Positions 16,402-26,983 of a stretch of DNA of 64,000 nucleotides are shown here, piece after piece. The notes below the pieces were generated by a model. That model was not told the origin of the DNA and made no database searches. It was given only the letters and a program-made list of their open reading frames with translations. The stretch lies in the IMG/VR virus record IMGVR_UViG_3300028549_000688; one strand, 5' to 3'. The DNA comes from a virus. Positions within the stretch are counted from its first letter, which is position 1. Every line of letters starts with the position of its first letter. Made by a program: the position numbers and the translations under genes.

Positions 16402-19400
16402 TTAACTGTCAGCGTGGCCGTCGGCCAGCGAGTTGCCCTTCATCGTGTTCCACACGTTCGCACCGGGCAGTGCGTTGACGGCCGTCTCGGCGGGCGCGTC
16501 GGTGAACATCTCGGTGATCTGCTCGATGGCCGGTCCGCCCAAGCTCAGCACTGTGTGGTGCGGGGCCATCGTGTCGGCCATCGGCTGGAACTTGCCCAGC
16601 AGCCCTGCGCGCATGGCGCCGTGCTCCAGCTCACTGTCGAGACCACCCTTCATCCACACAGGCTCGTCGCCGGTCAGCAGCACACTCTTGAGCGCGTCGC
16701 TGGCGATCATCACCGGGGTGTAGGTCAGCGCCAGCATGCCTGCAGGCCCCATGTCGCCGAACTTCTTGTAGTCGTGCAGCGCCCGCTTCAAGACCACGTC
16801 GTGGAACGTGTAAGCGAACTGCTTCATATGCCAGAACACCATGTAGTGCGGGTCGCTGGCCCAGGCCGGACGCTGTGCCGCGTTGGGCCGCAGCACTGAG
16901 CCGTTGACCCACTGGTGCAGCGCCTGCTGGATACGCGGGTCGGTGTAGTCGAGCTCACCGTCAGCGCCCACCTTCACGTCCTTGGCCGTCAGGTTCAACT
17001 CCTTGAGGTACGCAGCACTGCGCTCGTTGGGTGTCTGCACATGGCGCTTGATGAAGTTGATGGCCGCGCGCGTGGCTGCCACCTGCATGCCCCGGTTGAA
17101 GCCCTCCATGCCGTTGTACTTGAACATCACGTCGTTGATCTTGCGGAACTTGGCGCCCAGGTACTGGCTGCCATGGAGCTGGCCGAAGGCTGCCAGGAAG
17201 TGATTGGCGTCGGTCGTGCCCACCTGGTCAGCGATCTTGGCATCGAGGTCTTTGATAGGGTCGTCCTTGATGCTGGCCACCACCTCGCGCAGCCCGCGCT
17301 TGTATGCGTTCCATGCGTCACCCACAGTGGCTCCGCGCACCAGCAGGTTCAGCGGGTCGATGAACTGGCTGAACAGGCTCATGCTCAGCAGGCGCATGTT
17401 CTCGTAGACCAGCACGCTGTTCTGGAACTGGCGGTTCTTCGGGCTGATGTTGTAGCCCAACGTGCCTTCCATGGCCATCACGTCCTTGGCTGCACCTTGC
17501 GCCATCTTGAGCGCCTTGACCGTCAGCGCGTCGAACGCAGCCTTGTCGGCGTCGGGCTGACTGAAGGTTACCGTCTGCCACATGCGCTCAGGCATGCTGC
17601 CCTTACCGTCGATGGGCTTGGCCATCTTGGCTTTGTTGTACAGGTCGGTCACACCGAACTTGTTCTCGACCAGCTTGGCCAGCTGCATGTCGTGCGCCTT
17701 CTCTAGCTTGTCCTTGAGCACCTCACCACCGTTACCGAACTTGCGCACGTATTCGGCGCGCTTGACACCCTGGGCGATGTACCCCGTGAGGATGCGCGAG
17801 ACATCCTTGTCGCCGTACTTCTTGAGCATCTCCGGGTGAATCCAGTGCATCTGGCGTCGGTTGATCGCCTGCATGAACGGGCTGAATCCGATGGAGCTGC
17901 CGCTCTCTTCGATCTCGGTCTGGCCGAAGGCGTTGATCAGCCGGTTCGCAATGGCCTTGGCCACGTCCTCGGATGTCACCGGTGTGAAGTCCTTGCCCAC
18001 ACTTTTGGCCAGCGTCGCGTTCTGAGCTGCAGCGATGGCACCAAGCTCGTCGGGGTTGAACTTGACCAGGTCGGCCACGAAGCCGTCCACGTTGCCAAGG
18101 ATCATGGCCGTGTCGTAAGCACGCGGGAAGTAGCCGTGGTCAATCTTGCCCATGGGTACCCATTCGCCGCCCTCGCCGTCGGGTGAAGCCTCCCAGCGCT
18201 CGACGCCTGCCTGCTTGAGGTACTTGTGCATCTCAGGCAGCAGGCCGTTTGGCCCCTTGAGGCGCGCCACCAGCTGCTTGACAGCCGGGTCTTTGGGCGT
18301 CTCGCCTGTGTGCAGGTACGGCGCGGCCAGCTCCAGGTCTTTGGGGTGCAGCCCCTCGAACACAGTGGCCAGCCGGTTGCCCCACAGCTTCATCTGGTGA
18401 TCCTTGGCGTCCAGGAAGCCCTGCGCGCCGTCCTCGCCCACGCTGCGCTTGAACATGCGGCGCACCTCCTTGTACACAGGGTTGCCGGTGCGCTCCAGGT
18501 TCGTCTCAGCCGTGTTGACCAGACGCCCCGCCCGCTCCATCATGGGCTTGAAGGCGTTGTTGACACCCTCGTACATCTTCTGGCGGGCAGTCACACTGTT
18601 GGCCAGCACGCGCGCAGCTGCGTCGGCGGTCTGCATCTTGCCCTCGTCGAAGTTGCGCAGCAGCAGGTCGACACGTTCGTCGTCGTTGAGCAGGCCCGCC
18701 ACTTTGCGGAAGAAGGCTGCCAGCTTGGTGAAGATGTTCTGTGTCTCGGGTCCGATGTTCAACAGACCTGCTTCCCAGAACTGGAACATGTATGCCATGC
18801 GCTCTTCAGCTGCGTTCTTGGCACCTTGCTTGATCTGCTTGAGCGCCTCGGTCTCGCCGTCGAGCAAGCGCTCCAGCTGGCGCACCACGTACGGCGCGTT
18901 GGCAGCACGGTCGAGCAGCTTCATCACCTCGGCTGCAGCAGGCTCGCTCTTCATGCGGTCGAAGAACTCGTGGAACGCCTCATGCGCGCCCACTTGTCCC
19001 AGGTTGCGTGCGTACACCGAGGCGTAGATTGCACCCTTCTCCCACTTGCCACTGAGCATGATGTCTTTGCCCTTGGCGTTCTTGCCGTAGAGCATCTCCA
19101 GCGCAGCACTCTTCATGCCCGGGCCGAGGCGACGCATGATGTCGGCGTGGAACTTCTCCACCTCGGCCGGTGTGGCAGGGGTGGCGGTGCTGGTACCGAA
19201 GGCTTTGTTCGCAGGGTTTTGCTTGTTGAACTTCGTCGAGCCCTCGCGCGTCATACCAGTGTTCTTGACGCGAGCGCCTGATACACGCTCCCACGTGACG
19301 TCGCTGATCATCCCGCCCATCGCCTCATGGAATGCAGCCGTCATACCGAAGAAGCGAATCATCTGCTGCGGGGTTGTGCCAAGCACACGCAACAGCGACT

Positions 19401-22400
19401 CGCCGCTCGGTAGTTTGAGTCCTGTGTCTTCTATTGAGTTGGCGTGTAGTTTGTGAGCGGGTGACCCCGCCATAGGCCCGAGCGTGTCGAACGTCTTTTT
19501 AACCGGGTCGAACATCGCGTGTTGGATGGCGAAGTACGACATGGCGTTGAGCGCCCGGGTCTCATTCTGGAACTCCGGGCGAGACAGAAACCGTTGTAGC
19601 TGGGGGACTAACTCTTGAGCGACCGAAAAAGCATGCGTAAATCCGTTGCTTCCTCGGTAGACAAGCCAGTGACTGCCTTTAGCTGGTCCAAAGTCTGTCC
19701 CATCGACGAAAACCTCGAATGGGGTGTTTGCGGGATTGAATCCGCGAGCTTCGAGAACTCTTCGGAACTCATCTCCTTGCCTTCTAACCGAGGCCACGAA
19801 GCCCCGATGTGCTCCGATATGCTTTTTTGCGTCATCGTTTACTCCTTCAGGTGTTTGTGCGTTGTACCTCGGCCCACCGGTCTCATCATGATGCGCCTTT
19901 ACCTCAGCCTCGTTCTTGAGCGCCTTGAGCGCCTCGGCGCGCAGCAGCGTGGCCTTGAAGCGCAGGTCGTCGAGCCTATCGTACTCGTCACTGCCCTCTT
20001 CATGCTTGGCAGCCTCGGCCTTGAGCCGTGCCTCCTGCTTGGTCGCCCAGTCGCGTATGGCTTCGACCTGCTTGACGTTGTAGTCAGCCGGTGGGTTCTT
20101 GAGGTAGTTATTCATTTTCTCGGCTACGTCGGCGAACTTTTGTGACGGCGGTGCCGAAGCCGGTTTTGCGGCATCGGACTTCTTCGTCGCACCCTGCATC
20201 TTGCCCAGCTCGATGAGCGCGACGCGCGCACGCGCAGCATGCGGTGCGAACTTCGGGCTTTCGACCAGGCGCTGCAGGTGCCCGAGCAGCGCCTCGCGGC
20301 GCTCTGGCGAGAGCTTGCGCGCCATGGCTACGAACGACGGTACCCCCTTGGCAAGTGCGTCGATCACGAACGCGGTGCGTTGTGCGCGCTGTTCTTTGTC
20401 TGCAGATGGCGTCGCACGTGAGTCAAACGGGTGCAGCGCCTGGCCCAGCTCGTCGTAGTAGCGCTCGCCGTCGGACTCACCGTCTTCGTGACGTGAGCGT
20501 ATCGAGGTGGCCTTACCCATCTCACCGATCTCGGTTGGGAGGCCTGTGTGCTCGCGGCGGGTGTCTGCGACATCGCGTTCGACGACCCACGCCCCTGCGC
20601 GCTTAACAACTCTGTCGCTACCTTTGGCGCTAGCAAGTGCGAGCTTCTTAGAGCCGAACTTATTGCCCTGGTTGTCGCGCGCAATCACATCAGTGCGCGT
20701 TACAGGCTTCGTCTCGTAAGTGTCGGCACCGATCTCGGCATCGTCCTCGCGCCCGAGCTCGTACTTCTCAGACTTGCGCAGGATAGCGTCAACGGCCTTG
20801 GTGGCACCGGCTTCGAGGGCCGCACTCAGGTCTTCGATGTCTTCGATCACGTAGCTGCGCCCCTTGGCATCAGGCGCCATGTTTGCGAGCCGCGTCGAGA
20901 ACGACTTGAGCAGTGCCTTGCCAGCCGTCAGAATCTTCTGATTGGCAGCACCCTTGACGGCAGCCTTGGCGTCGCCATAAGTCTTGTCGCCGCTGTACAT
21001 GCGCAAGCTGGCAGGGAAGTCTTCACCGGCCTTGAGCCAGCGTACCTGATCGCCGGGTGCCTCCTTGTAGCCGACACGTCCGCTGAGCACCGGCGCACCG
21101 GTACCGCTCTTGCCGCTGGTGCTCTGGCCGTACTTGCCAGCCTCGGTCTCAGGATGTGCAGCTGCCAGCAGCGAGGCCAGCCCCTGCATGAGCGCAGTCT
21201 TCTGGCCAGCCAGGCCTGAGCTCTCGTCGACACGGCCCTCAGCCTTGCGGGCCTTGAACATGCGGTCGATGATGCGGCTGGCGCTGGTGGCGAACTCACG
21301 CGGCTTGCCGTCGGAGCCCATGCGCTCAAGCCAGATGCGCCCGTGCGCAGTGGTACCGAACTCACCGTCCTTGCCCACCTTCTCGGCCCACTTGTTACCA
21401 ATAATCTGGCCGTTGGCACCCTCGCGCCCGAACTCGTTGGCCGTCACGTTGGTGGCTTCGCCCTTCTCACGCTGTGCTTCTTCGCGCAGCACGTAGTAGT
21501 TGTCGTTGAGCACCTTGCCCAGGTCGTCGTGCTGTACATGCTTGGAGCCATCTTCCGTCGTGACCTCGCGGCCAGTCTTGTTCTGCAGCTGCAGCAGCTC
21601 GTCGTACTTGCTCTCGATGATCTTCTGCGCGTCGCCCATGAGCCCTTCGGCGTCGTTGCCGTGCTTCTCGCGCAGGTAGTCCATGTAGCCCTGCTGCGTC
21701 GCCTCGACGGCGCTGGTGCCGTGCAGCTCGGCCATGCGCTGCTTGGACACCGTGTCATGGAACGTGTCGGGCACAGCGAGGCCGTTCTTGTCGTTGTTCT
21801 TGACTCGCCCGCCAACGCGGAAGGGCTCAGGCAGCTTGATCTCGCCAGTGGTCTTGTCGACGCTACCTTCCTTGTAGTGGTGGTACTTCACCGTCGGTGC
21901 ACCCGCGTCGGGGTCGAGGTGGCTCGACGTGATCTGTTCCATGCCCTCAGCATCCATGCCGGGGATGACGTTCGGGGCCGGATTACCAGCCATGTCGCCG
22001 AACTCGTCGACCTGCGCGTTGGTGCGCTGTTCACCCGTGGTGAACTCGAACGAGCCGTCCTTGCGCCGAGCCTTTTCGTCCACATTGCGCAGCGCGTCGA
22101 GCACCAGGCGTGCGCGCGGCCCAAAGAGCTGGCGCGCCTCAGCGCTGTCGATCTTGTCAGCACGCATGTCGCCCTGCAGCTTCTCGGCCAGCGTCCGCAG
22201 TGACGGCGTGCTATACGCACGTCGCGCAGTCGGAAGGAGGTTGCTCTCAACAATGGCCCATGTGTCCTTCTGAGTGTCCTGCAAGACCTTGATCTGTTCC
22301 AGCACACGCGCACGAGTCTGCAGCGCATCGTCGTCGATAAGCCCCTGCTTGTGCATCATCTGCGTCGTGGCCACCACGGCAGCAGCCGGGTCGGTGAACA

Positions 22401-24081
22401 TGTTCAGCAGCGACTTGGGCACGACGGGCTCGCCGCCTTTCTTCATGCTAAAACCGTTGGCCACCCAGTTGCGCATGGCATGGCCCAGCGTGGGCATTGC
22501 ATTCTCCAGCGCCTCTGGTGTCTTGAGCCCGGTGAACGGTGCCAGGCTCTCTTCGAGGATTGGGCTGAAGTCGTCGCGCTCGTTGGCTATCTTGCGTCCC
22601 ATGGCCGGAGTCATGGCGTTCTGGCGGCCGTCAGCCTCGCGCTTGCCGTTGTAGGCAGTCAGCGCGTCGTCCTTGGCGTTCATCAGGTCAGCCGCGCCTT
22701 TGCCAAGCGCCTCGGCCACCGGAGCCAGCTTGTCGGACAACAGGTCGTTGGCTCCGCTGAGAATGTCCTCTGAGCGGTGCATGTCGTTGACTGCATCGGC
22801 CACAGGGCGCCAGCTGTCCATGGTCTTGCTGCCCTGCATGTACTGCTGCACGGCTGCATGCACGTAGTCCGGCACAGCCCCCGGATTTGCTTGAGTCTTT
22901 GCTATGAAGTTAGCAGCAGCCTGGTGCTTGGCTGCGTCGTCGGCGCGCAGGCCGGCCTCGTCCATGCCCTTCTGCGGCGTGAGCAGCACGTCGACATCTG
23001 CGTCGCGGCCCTTCTGCGCCCAGCGCGTGACCATGTCCTCGGCCTGGTTGTGCAGGTTTGCCGCACCTTCGCCCACCATGACGGCAGCCTCGTCCCACGA
23101 CTGCGGGCGTGCATCCCACGCCTGCTTGGCAGCGCCGCCGGCGGCTATGGCACCGCGCTTTCCCGCGCGCGCTGCGTAACTGGCCGCGTCGCCCACCGCT
23201 GCCGCCCCGCCGCCAAGCAGCTGGTGGCCCACGTCGCCAGCGTGGCCCATGGCACCGTAAGCTACGCCACCGGCAGCCTCGCCAGCCATGGCGTCGGCCA
23301 AGCGCCAGCCATCGTCGGTCGTGTCGCGCTGAGCATCGCGCCCAGTCTCGTAGCCCATGGCCACACCCTCAGACACACCGGCTGCGCCCGTGTCCAGCAG
23401 CACGTCGCGCCCTATGCGCTTGGCAGCGCTGGCCACCGGCTGACGCAGCACGTTGGCTGCCGTACCGCGCACCAGGCTGCCGCTGGCCAGGCCTGGCACC
23501 GTGCCCTCTATGAGCGACTGCGTCAAGCCCTGGTTGCTGGTATTGGTGAGCACGCGCTGCGGGTCCAGCGCAGGCGCACCCTGCTGCTCGGCCTGCAGCT
23601 GCTGCAGTCGGGCAGCGTCGCGCAGCTGCGGGTACATGCCGCCCGAGGCACCCAGGTGGCTACCTATGGCTGCGCCCGCAGGGCCTGCCACCAGGCCGCC
23701 CAGCACGCCGCCAGCCAGACCGCCGCCCATGGCGGGCACGGCCGAGACTGGCAGCGAGCCCACCGTGCCTGCGAACCAGTCGGCACCGTCGCCCCATCCG
23801 TGTATGTCACGCAGGCTGCGCACCCTCGGTGCCACCTGCTCGGCCTCTTGCGCCAGCTGCTGAGCGCGCAGTTGGCTGGCCTGAGCACGCGGCATGTCGC
23901 CTGCGGCTCGGGCCTGCCAGTATTCATCAGCAGCGGTGCCAGCACTGTGCCCGACGAGCGCCGACCGCAGCCCGCGTGTGACTTGTCCGTCTTCGACGAA
24001 GCGGCTGTAGTCGGGGTCTGCCGGAGATGGCAGTGAATAAACCGCTTGGGGGGTTGTCGCTTGGTACAGAGCTGTTGCCAC
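16402..24081 (-). CDS. giant multidomain virion/ejection (polyvalent-type) protein, 2559 aa, with HExxH metallopeptidase-like motif
   Basis: GTG start with a GGAG SD. Gly-zipper/Ala-rich N-terminus. GAHEAFHEF at 18970-18984. Last gene of the late arm. Confidence 0.65.
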   Translation of the reverse strand: MATALYQATTPQAVYSLPSPADPDYSRFVEDGQVTRGLRSALVGHSAGTAADEYWQARAAGDMPRAQASQLRAQQLAQEAEQVAPRVRSLRDIHGWGDGADWFAGTVGSLPVSAVPAMGGGLAGGVLGGLVAGPAGAAIGSHLGASGGMYPQLRDAARLQQLQAEQQGAPALDPQRVLTNTSNQGLTQSLIEGTVPGLASGSLVRGTAANVLRQPVASAAKRIGRDVLLDTGAAGVSEGVAMGYETGRDAQRDTTDDGWRLADAMAGEAAGGVAYGAMGHAGDVGHQLLGGGAAAVGDAASYAARAGKRGAIAAGGAAKQAWDARPQSWDEAAVMVGEGAANLHNQAEDMVTRWAQKGRDADVDVLLTPQKGMDEAGLRADDAAKHQAAANFIAKTQANPGAVPDYVHAAVQQYMQGSKTMDSWRPVADAVNDMHRSEDILSGANDLLSDKLAPVAEALGKGAADLMNAKDDALTAYNGKREADGRQNAMTPAMGRKIANERDDFSPILEESLAPFTGLKTPEALENAMPTLGHAMRNWVANGFSMKKGGEPVVPKSLLNMFTDPAAAVVATTQMMHKQGLIDDDALQTRARVLEQIKVLQDTQKDTWAIVESNLLPTARRAYSTPSLRTLAEKLQGDMRADKIDSAEARQLFGPRARLVLDALRNVDEKARRKDGSFEFTTGEQRTNAQVDEFGDMAGNPAPNVIPGMDAEGMEQITSSHLDPDAGAPTVKYHHYKEGSVDKTTGEIKLPEPFRVGGRVKNNDKNGLAVPDTFHDTVSKQRMAELHGTSAVEATQQGYMDYLREKHGNDAEGLMGDAQKIIESKYDELLQLQNKTGREVTTEDGSKHVQHDDLGKVLNDNYYVLREEAQREKGEATNVTANEFGREGANGQIIGNKWAEKVGKDGEFGTTAHGRIWLERMGSDGKPREFATSASRIIDRMFKARKAEGRVDESSGLAGQKTALMQGLASLLAAAHPETEAGKYGQSTSGKSGTGAPVLSGRVGYKEAPGDQVRWLKAGEDFPASLRMYSGDKTYGDAKAAVKGAANQKILTAGKALLKSFSTRLANMAPDAKGRSYVIEDIEDLSAALEAGATKAVDAILRKSEKYELGREDDAEIGADTYETKPVTRTDVIARDNQGNKFGSKKLALASAKGSDRVVKRAGAWVVERDVADTRREHTGLPTEIGEMGKATSIRSRHEDGESDGERYYDELGQALHPFDSRATPSADKEQRAQRTAFVIDALAKGVPSFVAMARKLSPERREALLGHLQRLVESPKFAPHAARARVALIELGKMQGATKKSDAAKPASAPPSQKFADVAEKMNNYLKNPPADYNVKQVEAIRDWATKQEARLKAEAAKHEEGSDEYDRLDDLRFKATLLRAEALKALKNEAEVKAHHDETGGPRYNAQTPEGVNDDAKKHIGAHRGFVASVRRQGDEFRRVLEARGFNPANTPFEVFVDGTDFGPAKGSHWLVYRGSNGFTHAFSVAQELVPQLQRFLSRPEFQNETRALNAMSYFAIQHAMFDPVKKTFDTLGPMAGSPAHKLHANSIEDTGLKLPSGESLLRVLGTTPQQMIRFFGMTAAFHEAMGGMISDVTWERVSGARVKNTGMTREGSTKFNKQNPANKAFGTSTATPATPAEVEKFHADIMRRLGPGMKSAALEMLYGKNAKGKDIMLSGKWEKGAIYASVYARNLGQVGAHEAFHEFFDRMKSEPAAAEVMKLLDRAANAPYVVRQLERLLDGETEALKQIKQGAKNAAEERMAYMFQFWEAGLLNIGPETQNIFTKLAAFFRKVAGLLNDDERVDLLLRNFDEGKMQTADAAARVLANSVTARQKMYEGVNNAFKPMMERAGRLVNTAETNLERTGNPVYKEVRRMFKRSVGEDGAQGFLDAKDHQMKLWGNRLATVFEGLHPKDLELAAPYLHTGETPKDPAVKQLVARLKGPNGLLPEMHKYLKQAGVERWEASPDGEGGEWVPMGKIDHGYFPRAYDTAMILGNVDGFVADLVKFNPDELGAIAAAQNATLAKSVGKDFTPVTSEDVAKAIANRLINAFGQTEIEESGSSIGFSPFMQAINRRQMHWIHPEMLKKYGDKDVSRILTGYIAQGVKRAEYVRKFGNGGEVLKDKLEKAHDMQLAKLVENKFGVTDLYNKAKMAKPIDGKGSMPERMWQTVTFSQPDADKAAFDALTVKALKMAQGAAKDVMAMEGTLGYNISPKNRQFQNSVLVYENMRLLSMSLFSQFIDPLNLLVRGATVGDAWNAYKRGLREVVASIKDDPIKDLDAKIADQVGTTDANHFLAAFGQLHGSQYLGAKFRKINDVMFKYNGMEGFNRGMQVAATRAAINFIKRHVQTPNERSAAYLKELNLTAKDVKVGADGELDYTDPRIQQALHQWVNGSVLRPNAAQRPAWASDPHYMVFWHMKQFAYTFHDVVLKRALHDYKKFGDMGPAGMLALTYTPVMIASDALKSVLLTGDEPVWMKGGLDSELEHGAMRAGLLGKFQPMADTMAPHHTVLSLGGPAIEQITEMFTDAPAETAVNALPGANVWNTMKGNSLADGHADS

Positions 24082-24093
24082 GTGAGTCTCCGG

Positions 24094-26661
24094 TTATTGC
24101 TTGGACACAGGCAGTCGCCCTAGTGTTTCCAGCATGGCCCTACCGTTGGGGTCGTTGATGATGTCCATGAGCGGCACGGAAATCGGTCCGCCGACACCGC
24201 GTATCTGAACTCGCTGGTCGTTGATCCACGGCAGCTTTGTTTTCAGATAGCCGTCCAAGTGCATATTGGCCGCCAGATCGGCAAGCTCTGCCGCGCGAGG
24301 CCCATCGACAACGGCCACGCGACCTGGCGCTACACCTTTGCCAAGAGCCGATTGCTTCGAGTATTTGTTGGCGAATTCACTGAGCGTGTGCTCGTTGGAA
24401 GCATGCTGTGCAAACGCTTTGGCCTCTCGCGGGTGGTGCGCGAACGCATAGTCCAGCGACATCTCTCTGTCACCAATTTTCACCGTCGGTAGCGTCTGTG
24501 CGATGTACGCACGCTTGCGCGCCAGCGCCCGCTCGTCGAGGGTGGGCGGCTTCTCACCCTTGGGGTCGTCGATGTACATCGACGGGTCGTTCTTGAGATA
24601 TTCGTCGAACGACTTAGACCCTTCGCGCTGCATCTCGCCGGTGTACTTGGCCCGATCTAGCCCAAGGCGCGCCAGGAGCCCCTGCGACGTGAGCTGGTTG
24701 TGCTCGCGGTTTATCTCGTTTTGCTCACGTGCGGTCGCGTCGGACGCAGCGGCGGTCTGCTGCTGCATCTTGGCCTTCTGCATCTCAACCATCGCTGCGC
24801 GCCTGTGCTTGCTCATGGGCTGGTTCAGAGCCTCGGCGTCTTCACGCAGGGTGCGTTCAGCCGTCATCTTGTCAGCAAGGGCTGACATGCGCCCCGCCAC
24901 CTCGACACCCTCAGCGTATTGCCGGGTGCGCTTGTAGTCGGTTGTCGGTTTACCCTCCTCGTCCACGTAGGACATCTTTTCCGGCCCAGTTGAGTTGGAC
25001 AACACGAGTCCTCCGTTTGCGTCGCGCGAAGCTCTGATGCCCGCGCCACGCAATGCCCAGGCTTCGTTGGCCGTGTCCATCGCTGCACCTTTGAGGCCCC
25101 TGATGTTCATGTCGGCGTTTGTGTTGGCGATGCCGCCGCCACCCTGTGGTACCCGCCATTCGCTCGGATCGGCCACACCCGCCTTCAGCGCAGCCGCGCG
25201 CAGTGTGTAGTCCTCATCGGCGGAGCCTCTGCGACCAAAGACCGTGTTGAGCATTGCATCGCTCTTCAGCCTGTCGTCGTCGGTGACCGCGACAGGGAGG
25301 CTTGGTGTTTGTGCTGCTTTCTCCTGTGCAGCATGCTCCGCCAGCTTGCGGTCATTTTCCGCTTTGAAGGGGTTGGTGTCGGCCTTGTTCGCAGGGGCTG
25401 CCGTGCTCACGTCGCGCACACCTTGCGCAGCACCCTGCACTGCGCCAGCCACCAGCGGACGCTCGGCGAGCTTGAGCGTCTTGCTAATTGCACCTGCCCC
25501 AAGGCCCAGCGCGCCACGTGCGACGGGGCCCGCGCCTGGGATCATCGAGACTGCGTTCAGCGTGTTGCCGACGTTGCGCCCCGTCTCGTTGTCAGTGAAG
25601 TAGTTGTACGGCTGTGCGGCAGGCGTTGCACCAGCCACCCCTCCTGTGGGAATTTTACGGACCTGTTCTGTCTCTGTCGGGTTGGGCCGCACAGGGTTGT
25701 TGGACGGGTCTCCGATATTCGTGGCAGCCTGAGCTGCGGCGTACCCCGCAGCGCCACCCATCGCACCTGCAGCCAGCCCGCCGAGGACAGGTTTGACAAC
25801 CGACGGTCGTACTGGCGCGGGCGCGGCGGGTGTTGCTGCTATACCCGGCGTTGGTCGGCCACGCGCCGCGTCCCACTGATTGCTACCCCACTGCTTGGCC
25901 TGTTGCCAGGTCGACTTTGGTGCTGGAGCTGCTTCTTGAATTGGCGGTGGCGCAGCGCCGGACGTGTTACCCATGGGCGGCGGTTTGCGGGCCTGCGCCT
26001 TGGCTGTGGCTGCGTCCTTCATGGCTTGCGCTTCGGGGCTTATGCCCGGCGCAGGGCCTGCACCCGTCCCTCGCGCGCCCAGGTCGTTGGCCATGCCGTT
26101 GAACGCAGTGCTACCTGGCGGCGGCTTCGGCGCACGCTTCTGCCCGAGCAGGTCAGCGGCCACGTCCGCCATCGGGGGCACACGCGCATCTGCAAAATGC
26201 CCACCGGCTCGCAGCCCTCCGCGTGCAGGCGCTATACCGTCGTTGGTCTGCTCGATGAGCCTTGCAAGGTTCTCTACACCTACCTTGGCAACCGTCTTGG
26301 CAGGTAACACAGCCTCGCCGCGTGACAGGTTGGCAGGTACTGAGTCGCTGGTGGCGGTGCCTGGGCCATGAACGTACGGCGTACCTCGTGACAGCTGTAG
26401 ACCACTCGGCATGGCTATCGGGTTGTAGCTGCCAAGCATGGCACCTGTTGTGGCGCGCAGATTGCGCGGCGCGGTTGTGGCGGGCGGTGCAGCAGGGCTT
26501 GTCAGTGCACCTGTAGGTGTGTTCTGCAGATTGTTGAACGCGGCCTGATCCTGTCCACTCATGGGTGCGGTGTTCATGGGTGGCTCGGGCACCAGGCCTG
26601 TTGCAAAGCGGTTCGCGGCACGGGCCTTATGGAGTCCGCGTAGTATCTGTGTTTCTCTCAT
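24094..26661 (-). CDS. internal virion/ejection protein, 855 aa, Ala/Pro/Gly-rich
   Basis: GGAG SD. The GPGTATSDSVPANLSRGEAVLP motif resembles one recurring in phage tape-measure/ejection proteins (from memory). Long low-complexity core. Confidence 0.55.
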   Translation of the reverse strand: MRETQILRGLHKARAANRFATGLVPEPPMNTAPMSGQDQAAFNNLQNTPTGALTSPAAPPATTAPRNLRATTGAMLGSYNPIAMPSGLQLSRGTPYVHGPGTATSDSVPANLSRGEAVLPAKTVAKVGVENLARLIEQTNDGIAPARGGLRAGGHFADARVPPMADVAADLLGQKRAPKPPPGSTAFNGMANDLGARGTGAGPAPGISPEAQAMKDAATAKAQARKPPPMGNTSGAAPPPIQEAAPAPKSTWQQAKQWGSNQWDAARGRPTPGIAATPAAPAPVRPSVVKPVLGGLAAGAMGGAAGYAAAQAATNIGDPSNNPVRPNPTETEQVRKIPTGGVAGATPAAQPYNYFTDNETGRNVGNTLNAVSMIPGAGPVARGALGLGAGAISKTLKLAERPLVAGAVQGAAQGVRDVSTAAPANKADTNPFKAENDRKLAEHAAQEKAAQTPSLPVAVTDDDRLKSDAMLNTVFGRRGSADEDYTLRAAALKAGVADPSEWRVPQGGGGIANTNADMNIRGLKGAAMDTANEAWALRGAGIRASRDANGGLVLSNSTGPEKMSYVDEEGKPTTDYKRTRQYAEGVEVAGRMSALADKMTAERTLREDAEALNQPMSKHRRAAMVEMQKAKMQQQTAAASDATAREQNEINREHNQLTSQGLLARLGLDRAKYTGEMQREGSKSFDEYLKNDPSMYIDDPKGEKPPTLDERALARKRAYIAQTLPTVKIGDREMSLDYAFAHHPREAKAFAQHASNEHTLSEFANKYSKQSALGKGVAPGRVAVVDGPRAAELADLAANMHLDGYLKTKLPWINDQRVQIRGVGGPISVPLMDIINDPNGRAMLETLGRLPVSKQ

Positions 26662-26693
26662 ATCAGACTCCGTTAGAGTTAAGGGTATTGTAA

Positions 26694-26710
26694 AGCGCCA
26701 CTATGGCGCT
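26694..26710 (-). terminator. weak hairpin (AGCGCCA-CTA-TGGCGCT) downstream of the moron cassette
   Basis: 7-bp perfect stem read directly. Only a poor U-tract on the minus strand. Confidence 0.3.
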
Positions 26711-26722
26711 GGGGGTTGTTGA

Positions 26723-26977
26723 CTACTTGTAGAGCTTTACGCAGCGCTCTTCTTCTTCGAGTCGCCACACTTTGTGCGCGTTAACAGCGGCTACGCACTC
26801 AGCACGTTTGTCAGGGCTCTGACCGTAAGCCGCGCCTGCGCAACCCAATCGCTGCAAGTCGGCTGTGCCTGAAACTCGCTGCACGACGCCTGCATCTTCC
26901 ATGCACTTTTCGAGCTTTTGTTGGTTACCGCTGCACCCTGACACAGCAAGTAGCGTTGCAAGCAATAGTTTGTTCAT
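26723..26977 (-). CDS. small Cys-rich lipoprotein (84 aa)
   Basis: Signal peptide MNKLLLATLLAVSG|C with a lipobox. Five further Cys in the mature part. Sits in a low-GC island. Confidence 0.7.
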   Translation of the reverse strand: MNKLLLATLLAVSGCSGNQQKLEKCMEDAGVVQRVSGTADLQRLGCAGAAYGQSPDKRAECVAAVNAHKVWRLEEEERCVKLYK

Positions 26978-26983
26978 ACGAAC

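Noticed and set aside
19650-19800. An ADP-ribosyltransferase R-S-E signature (LVYRGS ... QNE) in the low-GC patch of the giant protein.
   Set aside because: There is no STS motif, and the R-to-QxE spacing of about 36 aa is far shorter than in known R-S-E ARTs. The resemblance is probably chance.
16402-24081. The giant protein as an N4-like virion RNA polymerase, suggested by the N4-type capsid and the hairpin-containing early elements.
   Set aside because: I could not find the T7-like motifs (T/DxxGR, motif A Asp, RxxxKx7YG, motif C HD). The protein is about 1 kb of codons shorter than N4-type vRNAPs and carries an HExxH motif instead. The question stays open only as a test in the finding on the 47-nt elements.
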